Positions 17,071 through 25,465 of a stretch of DNA of 31,455 bases are shown here, in pieces (within the stretch, counting starts at the first letter, position 1; every line of letters begins with the position of its first letter). The stretch is from the IMG/VR virus record IMGVR_UViG_3300026885_000038, one strand, 5' to 3'. Both the position numbers and the translations under genes were made by a program. Below the pieces are notes generated by a model, which did not search any database, was not told where the DNA came from, and saw nothing but the letters and a program-made list of their open reading frames with translations. Source of the DNA: a virus.

Positions 17071-17985
17071 TTACTCACCCATTAACGAAGTTATGCCCTT
17101 ACCAGTAATGTCATATTCTCCTGGTTTTAGTTTTTCCGGATTCTTGGTAGTCACAACTCTAGCCTTGTAACCGTCCTTATAGAATGTGTAAATGACGTAG
17201 TCGCTCTCAAACATTATTATATCAACCCACTTTGGTACCTTTCTCTGTTGCGTCACCTCGCCGTCGTTAATTATCTGTTCCATTGTAGTGTACATAGTGT
17301 AGATCACCCCCTTTCTTGCGGTATTTAACGCAAGGTTGTGTATATGCCTCAGTAGGAATCTCCTCTCCTTCCACAGGTTTAGGTTGGCTATTCCCTGGAA
17401 GGCTGTCAAACCATGGTTTGCCCTCATTACAAATTCGCTAATCTGTTCAAGTATCTCCACGCCGTCAATCAACACCCAGTCCACACCATTCTCCCCAAAC
17501 TTGTGGAATATCTCCTCAATAACGTCAAACACCTTCTTTGCTGTAAGAACTAGAGTTCTATCGTCAGTCTGCACCCAGTACTTAACTGGATCGTAGACAT
17601 GTATATCCTTCCTATTCTTGTACAAATTCCACCTTATTGGGGAGGTCTTCCTGTCGAAGGATAACGCCAATATCTCTCCTGGGAATGACAACGCCAATGT
17701 AGTCTTACCCTCACCCTTGTCACCATATATAACGAATACCTCCTTACCAGTCGTTAACTCCTCCTCTATCTCGATCTCTCCACCCTTTTCTTCGGTTTTT
17801 GTAGTGGTATTGTTTACATTAACCACGGGCTTTTCCTCCTCCTTTGTCGTTGCCCTCTCGTCACTAACCAATTCATCCAGTTGTACCTCGGCTTTCCTCT
17901 CCGTTTGTTTTGTCGTCTCCTTCTTCTCCTCCTTCACTTCTTCCTTCTTTTCCTCTCCAACCAATTCATCGAATATATCCGACAT
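17071..17985 (-). CDS. P-loop ATPase, Sak4/AAA_24-like, with acidic disordered N-terminus
   Basis: YGDKGEGKTT, VLIDG. About 75-aa Glu/Lys/Thr-rich N-terminal region. Confidence 0.65.
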   Translation of the reverse strand: MSDIFDELVGEEKKEEVKEEKKETTKQTERKAEVQLDELVSDERATTKEEEKPVVNVNNTTTKTEEKGGEIEIEEELTTGKEVFVIYGDKGEGKTTLALSFPGEILALSFDRKTSPIRWNLYKNRKDIHVYDPVKYWVQTDDRTLVLTAKKVFDVIEEIFHKFGENGVDWVLIDGVEILEQISEFVMRANHGLTAFQGIANLNLWKERRFLLRHIHNLALNTARKGVIYTMYTTMEQIINDGEVTQQRKVPKWVDIIMFESDYVIYTFYKDGYKARVVTTKNPEKLKPGEYDITGKGITSLMGE

Positions 17986-17996
17986 GTGTTGTCACC

Positions 17997-18803
17997 TCAA
18001 ACTAAGGGTATTGGAGTAATAGGGATTATTCCTTGAACCATAAACTGCGTCACCCCGTTCTTGTCAATCTGCAAGGTCCCATACATGTAAAGCTCGCTAC
18101 CCTCATCGTACTTGTATAAAGGTGGAGGAATCCAACAGGTTAATGTGCTGTCGGGATTGTTAGGATCGCTTAGTTCGTAAACCCCAAACACCACGTTACC
18201 CTTATCATCCTTCTTGTAGTTCGCCCTCGTTACGATACCCTGTGTTGCCCTTAGGTCAAACTCGTCGTAATACTGCCCGTTCATTCTGCTCAACATGTTA
18301 TATGCGTTATTTATCTCAAATTCAGCGAAGTTTGTGGTGTCTTTCTTCAATATAGCCAAAACCTTTTGTGGGTCGACTGGTTTTCCATTGACGAAGTTCG
18401 TGTTTGCGGTCGCAAGCAACGCACCCTTACCCGTCTCAACAACGTTGACAGTGTAGAGGTGGAATAGTTGTGCGTTCTGGTAGAGAACGCTCATGTCATC
18501 GAAAAGGGTTATAACTCCCTTCCTATCGCCCTCCTCCGTACTGTATATGACGTAAACCCTGGCAATTTTCCTCTTTGCCTTCTGTATCGGCTCCCTAAGT
18601 CCGTAGACGATCACCTTTAAGTCCTTACCAACCGGCTTTGCCAACATCTTTGCCCTGTAGTAGATGAACGCCTGCGTAAACCTCTTCTTCTCGTCTGGTA
18701 TTGCGGCAAACTTAGTGTCCGCCAACTCCTTCACCCTCCTTTTAACCTCATCTACACTCATGTGTAGTCTTTCCGCCAGTGTTGCTATATCCCTTTCACT
18801 CAT
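17997..18803 (-). CDS. Probable OB-fold ssDNA-binding protein (RPA-like)
   Basis: N-terminal helical segment, then beta-rich OB-like repeats. Located in the replication operon. Confidence 0.55.
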   Translation of the reverse strand: MSERDIATLAERLHMSVDEVKRRVKELADTKFAAIPDEKKRFTQAFIYYRAKMLAKPVGKDLKVIVYGLREPIQKAKRKIARVYVIYSTEEGDRKGVITLFDDMSVLYQNAQLFHLYTVNVVETGKGALLATANTNFVNGKPVDPQKVLAILKKDTTNFAEFEINNAYNMLSRMNGQYYDEFDLRATQGIVTRANYKKDDKGNVVFGVYELSDPNNPDSTLTCWIPPPLYKYDEGSELYMYGTLQIDKNGVTQFMVQGIIPITPIPLV

Positions 18804-19005
18804 CTTCCACCACCTTCAACAGTTCTCCATCTTCGTACAACCAGCCATCGTTTCTTTTGGCATATTCCATTGCTAACATCCTTGCGTATGTGGGGCTTAC
18901 ATCAAGCAACAGGGAAATCTCCAAAACTTTCAACCTTCTCACCCCACGTTGCCTGATGTGTTCATCCAAACTGGACAGGAGTTTTTCTCTGTTGTACTTT
19001 TGCAT
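18796..19005 (-). CDS. Small winged HTH protein, 69 aa
   Basis: EISLLLDVSPTYARMLA HTH pattern with beta-wing. First gene after a promoter. Confidence 0.65.
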   Translation of the reverse strand: MQKYNREKLLSSLDEHIRQRGVRRLKVLEISLLLDVSPTYARMLAMEYAKRNDGWLYEDGELLKVVEDE

Positions 19006-19008
19006 GTG

Positions 19009-19039
19009 TGTGTTAGTGTAACACAGGTTTAAAAAGTTT
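19009..19039 (-). promoter_or_regulatory. Promoter AAACTTTTTAAA with 7-bp palindromic operator TGTGTTA-GTG-TAACACA
   Basis: TATA at 19028-19035. Inverted repeat 19009-19025 lies between TATA and ATG. Confidence 0.7.
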
Positions 19040-19047
19040 GTTTTGTG

Positions 19048-19079
19048 AAGGTTAGAAAGTCCTCGTTGTCTATTCTAGA
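19048..19079 (-). mobile_element. Possible tiny tnpB 3'/omega-RNA fragment
   Basis: Reads SRIDNEDFLT, similar to SRVENEDFLT recalled from Sulfolobales TnpB C-termini. Based on recall only. Confidence 0.35.
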
Positions 19080-19083
19080 AAGA

Positions 19084-19929
19084 TCATTTCGTTTGGCTGA
19101 CGTTTTTCGTAGTGTTTGTGATTGATGGGTTGGAAGACAACCTAGCTAGCTCCCTGAGGAATTCGTCCACGTTCACGTTTATCTTCACACCGTGTTTCTT
19201 AGCTGACAACATAACACTGCCCCACATCTGTAACGTTAATTCCTTTGCGTTTTTGTACCACTCAAGTAGCTTGTCACTCACCCTCCCATCTATAAAAACG
19301 TCATTAACGATCACTACCCTTGGGTCGATGTCGTAAAAGTACTTAACAACGTATGGCTTATGCCTCTTGATAAACTCTATCTCAATGGGAAGGATGAACT
19401 CGCTAGAGAATGGTTTTGGGTGGTAGACAAGTAGTCCGTCATCGTGGCAGTAATTATCACCACCACTCTCCAAATACCTCCACAGCAAGTCCGTGTCACT
19501 TCTCCACCCATATCCTGCGTTACCAAACTTAGGATTGCCCCAATCCTCCTCAAAACCGCCAAGTCTTCTAAAAACCTCGGTTTTAACCGTTAGGTTGGTA
19601 CCAACGGAATGATATGCCTGCCCAAAGAACCTACCGTTACTGTACACGTAACCCGTAATAATGTCACAACCCTTCCTAATATTCCTCAACAGGTTTTGAT
19701 ACCAATTTGTACTTGGGTATGCGTCATCGTCGATGAAGGAGATGTAAGGGGTTGTAACACCCTCAGCCACAAGATTCCTGACGACATACTCGTTGACGGT
19801 TGGATCGTAATACGGTATTACCTCTGCCTCTGTGTACTGGCGGATGTATGACATAGTCTTAAATATTGACTCCCTCAACAAAGTTGGTATAACAATAGTT
19901 GTGTACCTACCCCGTGTGCTCTCCCTCAC
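19084..19929 (-). CDS. GT-A fold (GT2-like) glycosyltransferase
   Basis: IVIPT, FIDDD (DxD), LGGFEE, SDTDL. Confidence 0.85.
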   Translation of the reverse strand: MRESTRGRYTTIVIPTLLRESIFKTMSYIRQYTEAEVIPYYDPTVNEYVVRNLVAEGVTTPYISFIDDDAYPSTNWYQNLLRNIRKGCDIITGYVYSNGRFFGQAYHSVGTNLTVKTEVFRRLGGFEEDWGNPKFGNAGYGWRSDTDLLWRYLESGGDNYCHDDGLLVYHPKPFSSEFILPIEIEFIKRHKPYVVKYFYDIDPRVVIVNDVFIDGRVSDKLLEWYKNAKELTLQMWGSVMLSAKKHGVKINVNVDEFLRELARLSSNPSITNTTKNVSQTK

Positions 19930-20876
19930 GCCTTCACACCTCGTGTTTGCGTTAAACCTAACCCCTTCAACATGTCACCAACCACACGTTTAACGTCTTC
20001 CGCCCACCTATTCACTGAGAAGAACTCCCTTGCCCTCTTCCTTAACAAAGCCCTGCTTATCTTAGTGACTTCATTCACCCCATTCACGAAGCAGTCTATA
20101 TCGTCGTGTTTACAGTAAACTCCCCCATCCATCAACACACCAGTCCTAACCTCCTTACCGAAGGACAACAACTCGGATGTGCCTTCACCACTAGTAACAA
20201 CTGGACAACCCGACACCATTGCCTCCATTGCCACAATCCCCAGGCTTTCAATACTGGACAACGACCTCCAATCACTGGGCATTACTAATGCGGACGCATG
20301 CGACAACAACTCGTACTTTTCATCGTCATCTATGTTAATCCTGTATTCTACACCATCCCTGTACCTCCTCATTAAATGCCTGGCGTAATAACCATCAGAG
20401 AATTTACCAACATGTCCAGCCAAAATAATCCTTCTTCCTAGCTTTCTAGCCACCTCTATTGCCAAGTCAGGTCTCTTTATCTCACTAAACCTACCTAGAA
20501 AGAGTAAGTAACCCTCATCACCTTCTGGCTTATCGATATAACTTACCCCAGGATAGATCACAAAACCTGGTAACTTATACATGTTCGCAATTGCACGGGT
20601 TGTATACATGTTGTAACGTAAGCTAGCAGGATCGGGATGGAATGGTACACCAAGAACTAAACTATCTAAGTTTTGAAAGTATTTTTGGTGAGAGAAGTCG
20701 AACATGGCATCATAATTTGTGTTGATGTCATCGTAAGTCATCACATTATCCGTCCTTGGTACACCGAAGATATCGGCGTTTAATGCATTACCTAAGTCGT
20801 AAGCCAACCTTTCTATCCCCCCGTAACGAAGTGGGGGTGTCTTCTCCTCCTTAGTCGATATGACTGCAAATTTCAC
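19926..20876 (-). CDS. GT-B fold (GT4-like) glycosyltransferase
   Basis: PPLRYGGIER, FLGR..K, ESLGIVAMEAM (Ex7E). Confidence 0.9.
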   Translation of the reverse strand: MKFAVISTKEEKTPPLRYGGIERLAYDLGNALNADIFGVPRTDNVMTYDDINTNYDAMFDFSHQKYFQNLDSLVLGVPFHPDPASLRYNMYTTRAIANMYKLPGFVIYPGVSYIDKPEGDEGYLLFLGRFSEIKRPDLAIEVARKLGRRIILAGHVGKFSDGYYARHLMRRYRDGVEYRINIDDDEKYELLSHASALVMPSDWRSLSSIESLGIVAMEAMVSGCPVVTSGEGTSELLSFGKEVRTGVLMDGGVYCKHDDIDCFVNGVNEVTKISRALLRKRAREFFSVNRWAEDVKRVVGDMLKGLGLTQTRGVKA

Positions 20877-21837
20877 GATTGTTCACCATCTCATGGATGT
20901 AGTCCATTACCATTATGTTTAAGCCCTCCGTTAGAGGTAGAAACTCCTTACTTGGCCAGAATTTCTTTAGTCTAGCGTTATCCAGTAGTAGGCTGTTGGG
21001 ATCTACAGGACGGGGTTTCACACCCCACACAACCTCCCCATCCCACTCTGTATACCTTTTGGCTAACTTAACTATCTGATCCAACGTCTCAGCGTCGTCC
21101 TTTGCGACATTTATTACGTTACCAACATCGTTCACCCTCTCCAAATGATCCAATGCGTACTCGTACATTGAAACGTGATCAGTATAATGTATCCACTGTC
21201 TTTGGGATTGCGGATAACCATGGTAACTTATCTTCTTAAAACCACACAACATTGACAACACTGTCTTCTCCACGAAATAACCCCTAGCCTCTTCCGGTAA
21301 CTTAAACACATCCCTGTGATAGGTGTTTGTCATTCTAAAGATCAAGTAGTTTTTGCGTCGTGTGGAGTAGTGATGGTGTATAAGCATCTCCTGCCCAATC
21401 TTGCTTATTGCGTAGGGTGAGGATACATCCGTGATATTTACATCCTCCTCCTTAAACTTTTTTGAGAAATCCGCCACGGAAAGATATGGGTAAACCTCGG
21501 CTGTACTTGAGTGAATTAGAAAGGTGTCCTTGTGTTTGTCAAGGTATTGTAATACATTCTGTACCAACAAAAGATTGTTTACCAAGTACTGTTGTGAATT
21601 GTCGTAACTATATCTCACGGGAGTGATGCTTGCGAGGTTTATAAGTACATCCAGTTCAACGTTGTTTGGTATAGGGTTGCTCGCCAAATCGACCTCAACG
21701 TAATCCACGCCTTCAACCCTATTCCTTGAGAAACCGTCATTCCTTACAAAACCCACTACTTTATAACCATTCTTCACAAGTCTTGAGGACAGTTTTGATC
21801 CTATAAAACCCGTTACACCTGTTATTCCTACTTTCAT
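20851..21837 (-). CDS. NAD-dependent NDP-sugar epimerase/dehydratase (extended SDR)
   Basis: ITGVTGFIGS, SSTAEVY, PYAISK (YxxxK). ATG at 21837. Confidence 0.9.
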   Translation of the reverse strand: MKVGITGVTGFIGSKLSSRLVKNGYKVVGFVRNDGFSRNRVEGVDYVEVDLASNPIPNNVELDVLINLASITPVRYSYDNSQQYLVNNLLLVQNVLQYLDKHKDTFLIHSSTAEVYPYLSVADFSKKFKEEDVNITDVSSPYAISKIGQEMLIHHHYSTRRKNYLIFRMTNTYHRDVFKLPEEARGYFVEKTVLSMLCGFKKISYHGYPQSQRQWIHYTDHVSMYEYALDHLERVNDVGNVINVAKDDAETLDQIVKLAKRYTEWDGEVVWGVKPRPVDPNSLLLDNARLKKFWPSKEFLPLTEGLNIMVMDYIHEMVNNREICSHID

Positions 21838-21914
21838 CAACAGATGTTACAGAAGATTGAATAATAAGTCTTGTTGGAGTTGGTATTCTCGTGGTAGAAG
21901 AATACGTGTACGCC

Positions 21915-22208
21915 TCAATCGTACAGAATACGTAACAACACTAGCTTTGTGGGTAGTTTACCGTGGTGTTTCCTCCTTAGATGAGACAACCACTCATCGA
22001 CATTCTTGAAGGTACTATACTGTACATAATCCCCAAGTATTTTTCGTACATCACCATTCCTCAAGTCTACAACCTTTACGACCCTAGCCCTCACCCTTTC
22101 GTTCACCCTCACAATTCTACCAGGAGGAAGAGTCTGATTCCTAACAATGGCGTAGAAATCAGGTGTGGAGAGTAAATAACGAAAAAACCTTTCGTTCTCC
22201 ACCTTCAA
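21915..22208 (-). CDS. ASCH/PUA-like small protein, 97 aa
   Basis: Basic beta-rich N-half, then DYVQYSTFKNVDEW (compare ASCH SGFxSxxEW). TTG start 6 nt after the gat-queC stop. Confidence 0.5.
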   Translation of the reverse strand: MKVENERFFRYLLSTPDFYAIVRNQTLPPGRIVRVNERVRARVVKVVDLRNGDVRKILGDYVQYSTFKNVDEWLSHLRRKHHGKLPTKLVLLRILYD

Positions 22209-22214
22209 CAGGTA

Positions 22215-23591
22215 CTATTGCATGACTGGATCTTTTAAACCATTTATCTCAAAGGCCTTCTTTCTCATAAAACACGGTCCACACCTACCACAGTGTTTCT
22301 TCCTCCCCTCATAACAACTCCACGTAAGCTCGAAGGGTACTTTCAGCTCATAACCTAGCTTTACAATCTCATGTTTCATTAGATTTCCAACTGGCATCAA
22401 CAACCTTATTCTCCTCCTTGGTTCAGTTGCCAATGGTAAAACCCTGTCCAACAGGATGTTAAACTCCATCTCATTATCTGGATAGGCACCTGATTCCTCC
22501 AGGTTTATCCCAGTACCAACTGCGTCAAACCCGTTAGCCTCAGCCAACGCCACTGCGACACTAATGAAGACTAGATTTCTAGCTGGTACCCACTCGTATG
22601 CGTACTCTGCCCCAACAATTCCTCCCCTATCTTTCGCTATTGGTATCTTACTACCCTTAAGTAAGTTAGTCCCTCCAATAACCTTGAACATGGAGGAGGT
22701 ATCCATTGTGATCAACTCAAGGTTGTAGTATTCCGAGATTTTCTTTACAGCCGTGAGCTCAGGTCCCTCAGCCTTATGATGGTAATTGAAGTGTAGTAAC
22801 GTAACCTTATGCCCCTCATTCAGTAGTTTTGCCGTAGCCACAGTACTATCCAGCCCACCACTGGCTATCATTAACGCCTTCATCTGTTCAGCCGTCCTCA
22901 ACAGGTTATACTTAGTAAAGCTATCTTGCGAGAAACAATACATTGTGTAAGGCTCAACATACGTTGTGTTCACCTTACTGTAAACCTCACGGGGATAGTA
23001 CCTCTCCAAGGACGTGATAACTAAGTAATTATTCTCAAAGTCGTTGTGTATGTAGGCGGGCTTATAGTCTACACTAACGCATAGCTCTCCCCTTCTCACA
23101 TTTGTGAAGACCATGGCGTGCGATCCCCTAAACTCCTCCGAGAGGAATTTACTCACACCCTCGTAAGACCCAATCCTTGAGAATATACGTGGTAAGACGG
23201 CACTGTCGACGTTTGTATCCAGTATTAAACCGTACTTCTGTATCAGCTCCTTATCGTTTGCAACCACACCGTTGTGTGAAACAATCCAGTCGTTATATTG
23301 AAAGGGTTGGATATCCTTTGGGCTTTTGTTAGGTACGTACTCCGTTGTCGGCTCAGCCCTATTATTCCCTATAATCATCTTAGGTTTCATCCTAATCAGG
23401 AAGTCCTTGACAATGTCGTAGTCAGGTGTACCAGTACCCTTCAATGTTTCAACCTCTCCATTCTCCCTTATTGCGTAAACCCCCCAACTATCCCTTCCTC
23501 TGTCTGAACTATCTACAAAGGATTTGGAGATCTTACTCGCCTTCTTGTCATCCAACTCCTCACGAAGGTAGACACCGAATATGCTACACAT
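22215..23591 (-). CDS. queC: GAT-QueC fusion (class II glutamine amidotransferase plus preQ0 synthase; archaeosine-forming)
   Basis: N-terminal MC, RGRDS, HNG, VDS. QueC motifs SGGLDS, VPARN, YPD and SCY..HCGRCGPC. Confidence 0.95.
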   Translation of the reverse strand: MCSIFGVYLREELDDKKASKISKSFVDSSDRGRDSWGVYAIRENGEVETLKGTGTPDYDIVKDFLIRMKPKMIIGNNRAEPTTEYVPNKSPKDIQPFQYNDWIVSHNGVVANDKELIQKYGLILDTNVDSAVLPRIFSRIGSYEGVSKFLSEEFRGSHAMVFTNVRRGELCVSVDYKPAYIHNDFENNYLVITSLERYYPREVYSKVNTTYVEPYTMYCFSQDSFTKYNLLRTAEQMKALMIASGGLDSTVATAKLLNEGHKVTLLHFNYHHKAEGPELTAVKKISEYYNLELITMDTSSMFKVIGGTNLLKGSKIPIAKDRGGIVGAEYAYEWVPARNLVFISVAVALAEANGFDAVGTGINLEESGAYPDNEMEFNILLDRVLPLATEPRRRIRLLMPVGNLMKHEIVKLGYELKVPFELTWSCYEGRKKHCGRCGPCFMRKKAFEINGLKDPVMQ

Positions 23592-23593
23592 GA

Positions 23594-23625
23594 GTGTGTG
23601 TTACACACAGTAACTTAAAAAGTTT
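23594..23625 (-). promoter_or_regulatory. gat-queC promoter AAACTTTTTAAG with palindromic GTGTGT-GTT-ACACAC operator
   Basis: TATA at 23615-23622. Inverted repeat 23594-23608. Same layout as the 19009-19039 promoter. Confidence 0.7.
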
Positions 23626-23749
23626 CAGTTTTTGAAGATTCAGAAATTGTTGTAATTAACCTGAATTTAGCCTCCTCCTTTCCATCCACAATCTAGCCTT
23701 ACCCATGAGTTTTTAACTTTCTGGTATTGAGGGCAGTACCGACATTTTG

Positions 23750-23769
23750 AACCCCCAAAAAGTTAAGTA
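23750..23769 (+). promoter_or_regulatory. Promoter AACCCCCAAAAAGTTAAGTA for the GT gene at 23791
   Basis: 22 nt to ATG. Near-identical to the 1506-1528 promoter. Confidence 0.65.
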
Positions 23770-23790
23770 CTTGTCGTATGAGTAAACTTC

Positions 23791-24873
23791 ATGAAAGAAA
23801 AGGTAATGATTGCGTCAGATGGGCCAAACTTTAACACGGGTTACGGAAAGCTTGGTAGAGTTTTAACGAATGGGCTGATAGCAAACGGTTACGATGTCTC
23901 ATACGTGTCATTCCAACATCAAGGTAATCCTCTTTACTATATTTTTATGAACCAGAAGGTCAAGGTTTACAGTGGTTTAACCCAACAACTGATCGAAGAG
24001 GCGGTGAGAGAGTTTAAGCCCGATGTGCTAATACACATAAGGGATCCGGTAGTACACACAGAATACTACAAGTATCCCTATCAATTCGACAGGATAAGGA
24101 AGAGTACAAAGACTATAGGATATTTAATGGTTATGCACGATTACTTCGACTCTAAGGTAATGAAGGCGATCTTCGTTAATTATGACATTGTTGCAACCCC
24201 AACGGAATGGGGTAGGAGAGTGTTAGTATCGTCTGGTATGCCGATCAACCTAGTGTACACCGTTAAACCGTGGATACCTAGACCTGTAAAGCCAGAGAAG
24301 GTACAGGGACTTCCGGATAAATACCTCCTGTTCATAGGTGTGAATGACGATAAGAGAAAGAACCACGCGCTCCTATTACACGTTTTAAGCAGGTTACCAG
24401 AGGAATACAAGCTGTTTTTACTAAGTAGTAGTGGTGCGTACATACTTGAGAGTATAATAGAGAGATATGCCTTGTACAACAGAGTTTACACTCCCCAATC
24501 CTATCTGAAGGGTTACGGTCTTACGGAGGAGGAGTTGGCGTACGTTTACTTGAATGCACACGTATACGTAACCTTATCCTCCCTGGAGGGGATAGACATG
24601 CCGGCGTTAGAGGCGTTAACCTACAACACTCCCGTGGTCGCGAGTGAAATACCAGTCCACAAGGAGTTACTATCTCCTTACGCAAAATTTGTGAAGGTTA
24701 ACCTTGGTTACCCTGATACAAGTGGAGTGTACTGGATCCCGGACTTGGATGACGCAGTGGAGAAGATAATGTCAATAGGAGAGACAAGGCATAAATATGG
24801 TAGGAAGGTGTACTCGACTTACAACGTAAATAGAGCGATAGGTGACTTCAAACAGCTGTTCAATCTCGCTTGA
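23791..24873 (+). CDS. GT-B fold (GT4-like) glycosyltransferase
   Basis: TGYGK, KRKN, EGIDMPALEAL (Ex7E). Confidence 0.9.
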   Translation: MKEKVMIASDGPNFNTGYGKLGRVLTNGLIANGYDVSYVSFQHQGNPLYYIFMNQKVKVYSGLTQQLIEEAVREFKPDVLIHIRDPVVHTEYYKYPYQFDRIRKSTKTIGYLMVMHDYFDSKVMKAIFVNYDIVATPTEWGRRVLVSSGMPINLVYTVKPWIPRPVKPEKVQGLPDKYLLFIGVNDDKRKNHALLLHVLSRLPEEYKLFLLSSSGAYILESIIERYALYNRVYTPQSYLKGYGLTEEELAYVYLNAHVYVTLSSLEGIDMPALEALTYNTPVVASEIPVHKELLSPYAKFVKVNLGYPDTSGVYWIPDLDDAVEKIMSIGETRHKYGRKVYSTYNVNRAIGDFKQLFNLA

Positions 24874-25087
24874 GTAGCGTGATCTTCTCGGGTTTTGTCT
24901 GCTCAAGTTTAACTAGCTTAATGTCGTAACCGTACTTTTTCGCGGTTGGCACAACAAAGTTGTTGACGAAGTTTAGAAAGTCCAGTCCATCGTCAAAATG
25001 AAGGGAGAGCGTGGAGACTTGTGTCGACTCCATTGAGGGTATACCATCCTTGATGGATAAACTACCATTGTACGCAAACCACTTCAT
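24860..25087 (-). CDS. Hypothetical protein, 75 aa
   Basis: AAACTTTTAAG promoter at 25109-25119. Confidence 0.7.
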   Translation of the reverse strand: MKWFAYNGSLSIKDGIPSMESTQVSTLSLHFDDGLDFLNFVNNFVVPTAKKYGYDIKLVKLEQTKPEKITLLKRD

Positions 25088-25117
25088 AAGAAGAATAAAA
25101 AATTCTGGCTTAAAAGT

Positions 25118-25465
25118 TTAGATGTTACCAACCCTTCCATATACGAAGTAGTAGCCCAAGGTTACGCTCACGCTACCTCCCTCAGTCATCAAACCTAGGT
25201 ATTTTGAAGGACCTATCCTCAATACTCCCTCGTCATGTTGTTCAACATAGGTTGGCGAGGAAGGTGTAACGGTTACCTCCTGAATGACCACAGTACCACT
25301 ATAAATTTGTAATGTGACGGTACCTAAACCAGCCCTTGAGTCCAAGCTAAGCTGTATCTTGTTAATAACCAGGGACTGGTTATTCATTGTTGACGCAACT
25401 GTTGCCATCACAGTACCTACGAGATGCCTACTGTAAATTATATCGTAAACCTGTACCTCATCCAC
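25118..25465 (-). CDS. Beta-rich putative virion protein, 115 aa
   Basis: Alternating hydrophobic strands and low charge. Last gene of a four-gene operon. Confidence 0.5.
   Translation of the reverse strand: MDEVQVYDIIYSRHLVGTVMATVASTMNNQSLVINKIQLSLDSRAGLGTVTLQIYSGTVVIQEVTVTPSSPTYVEQHDEGVLRIGPSKYLGLMTEGGSVSVTLGYYFVYGRVGNI

Noticed and set aside
21883-21905. 7-bp inverted repeat GTATTCT/AGAATAC
   Set aside because: Short, AT-rich stem that is compatible with chance.
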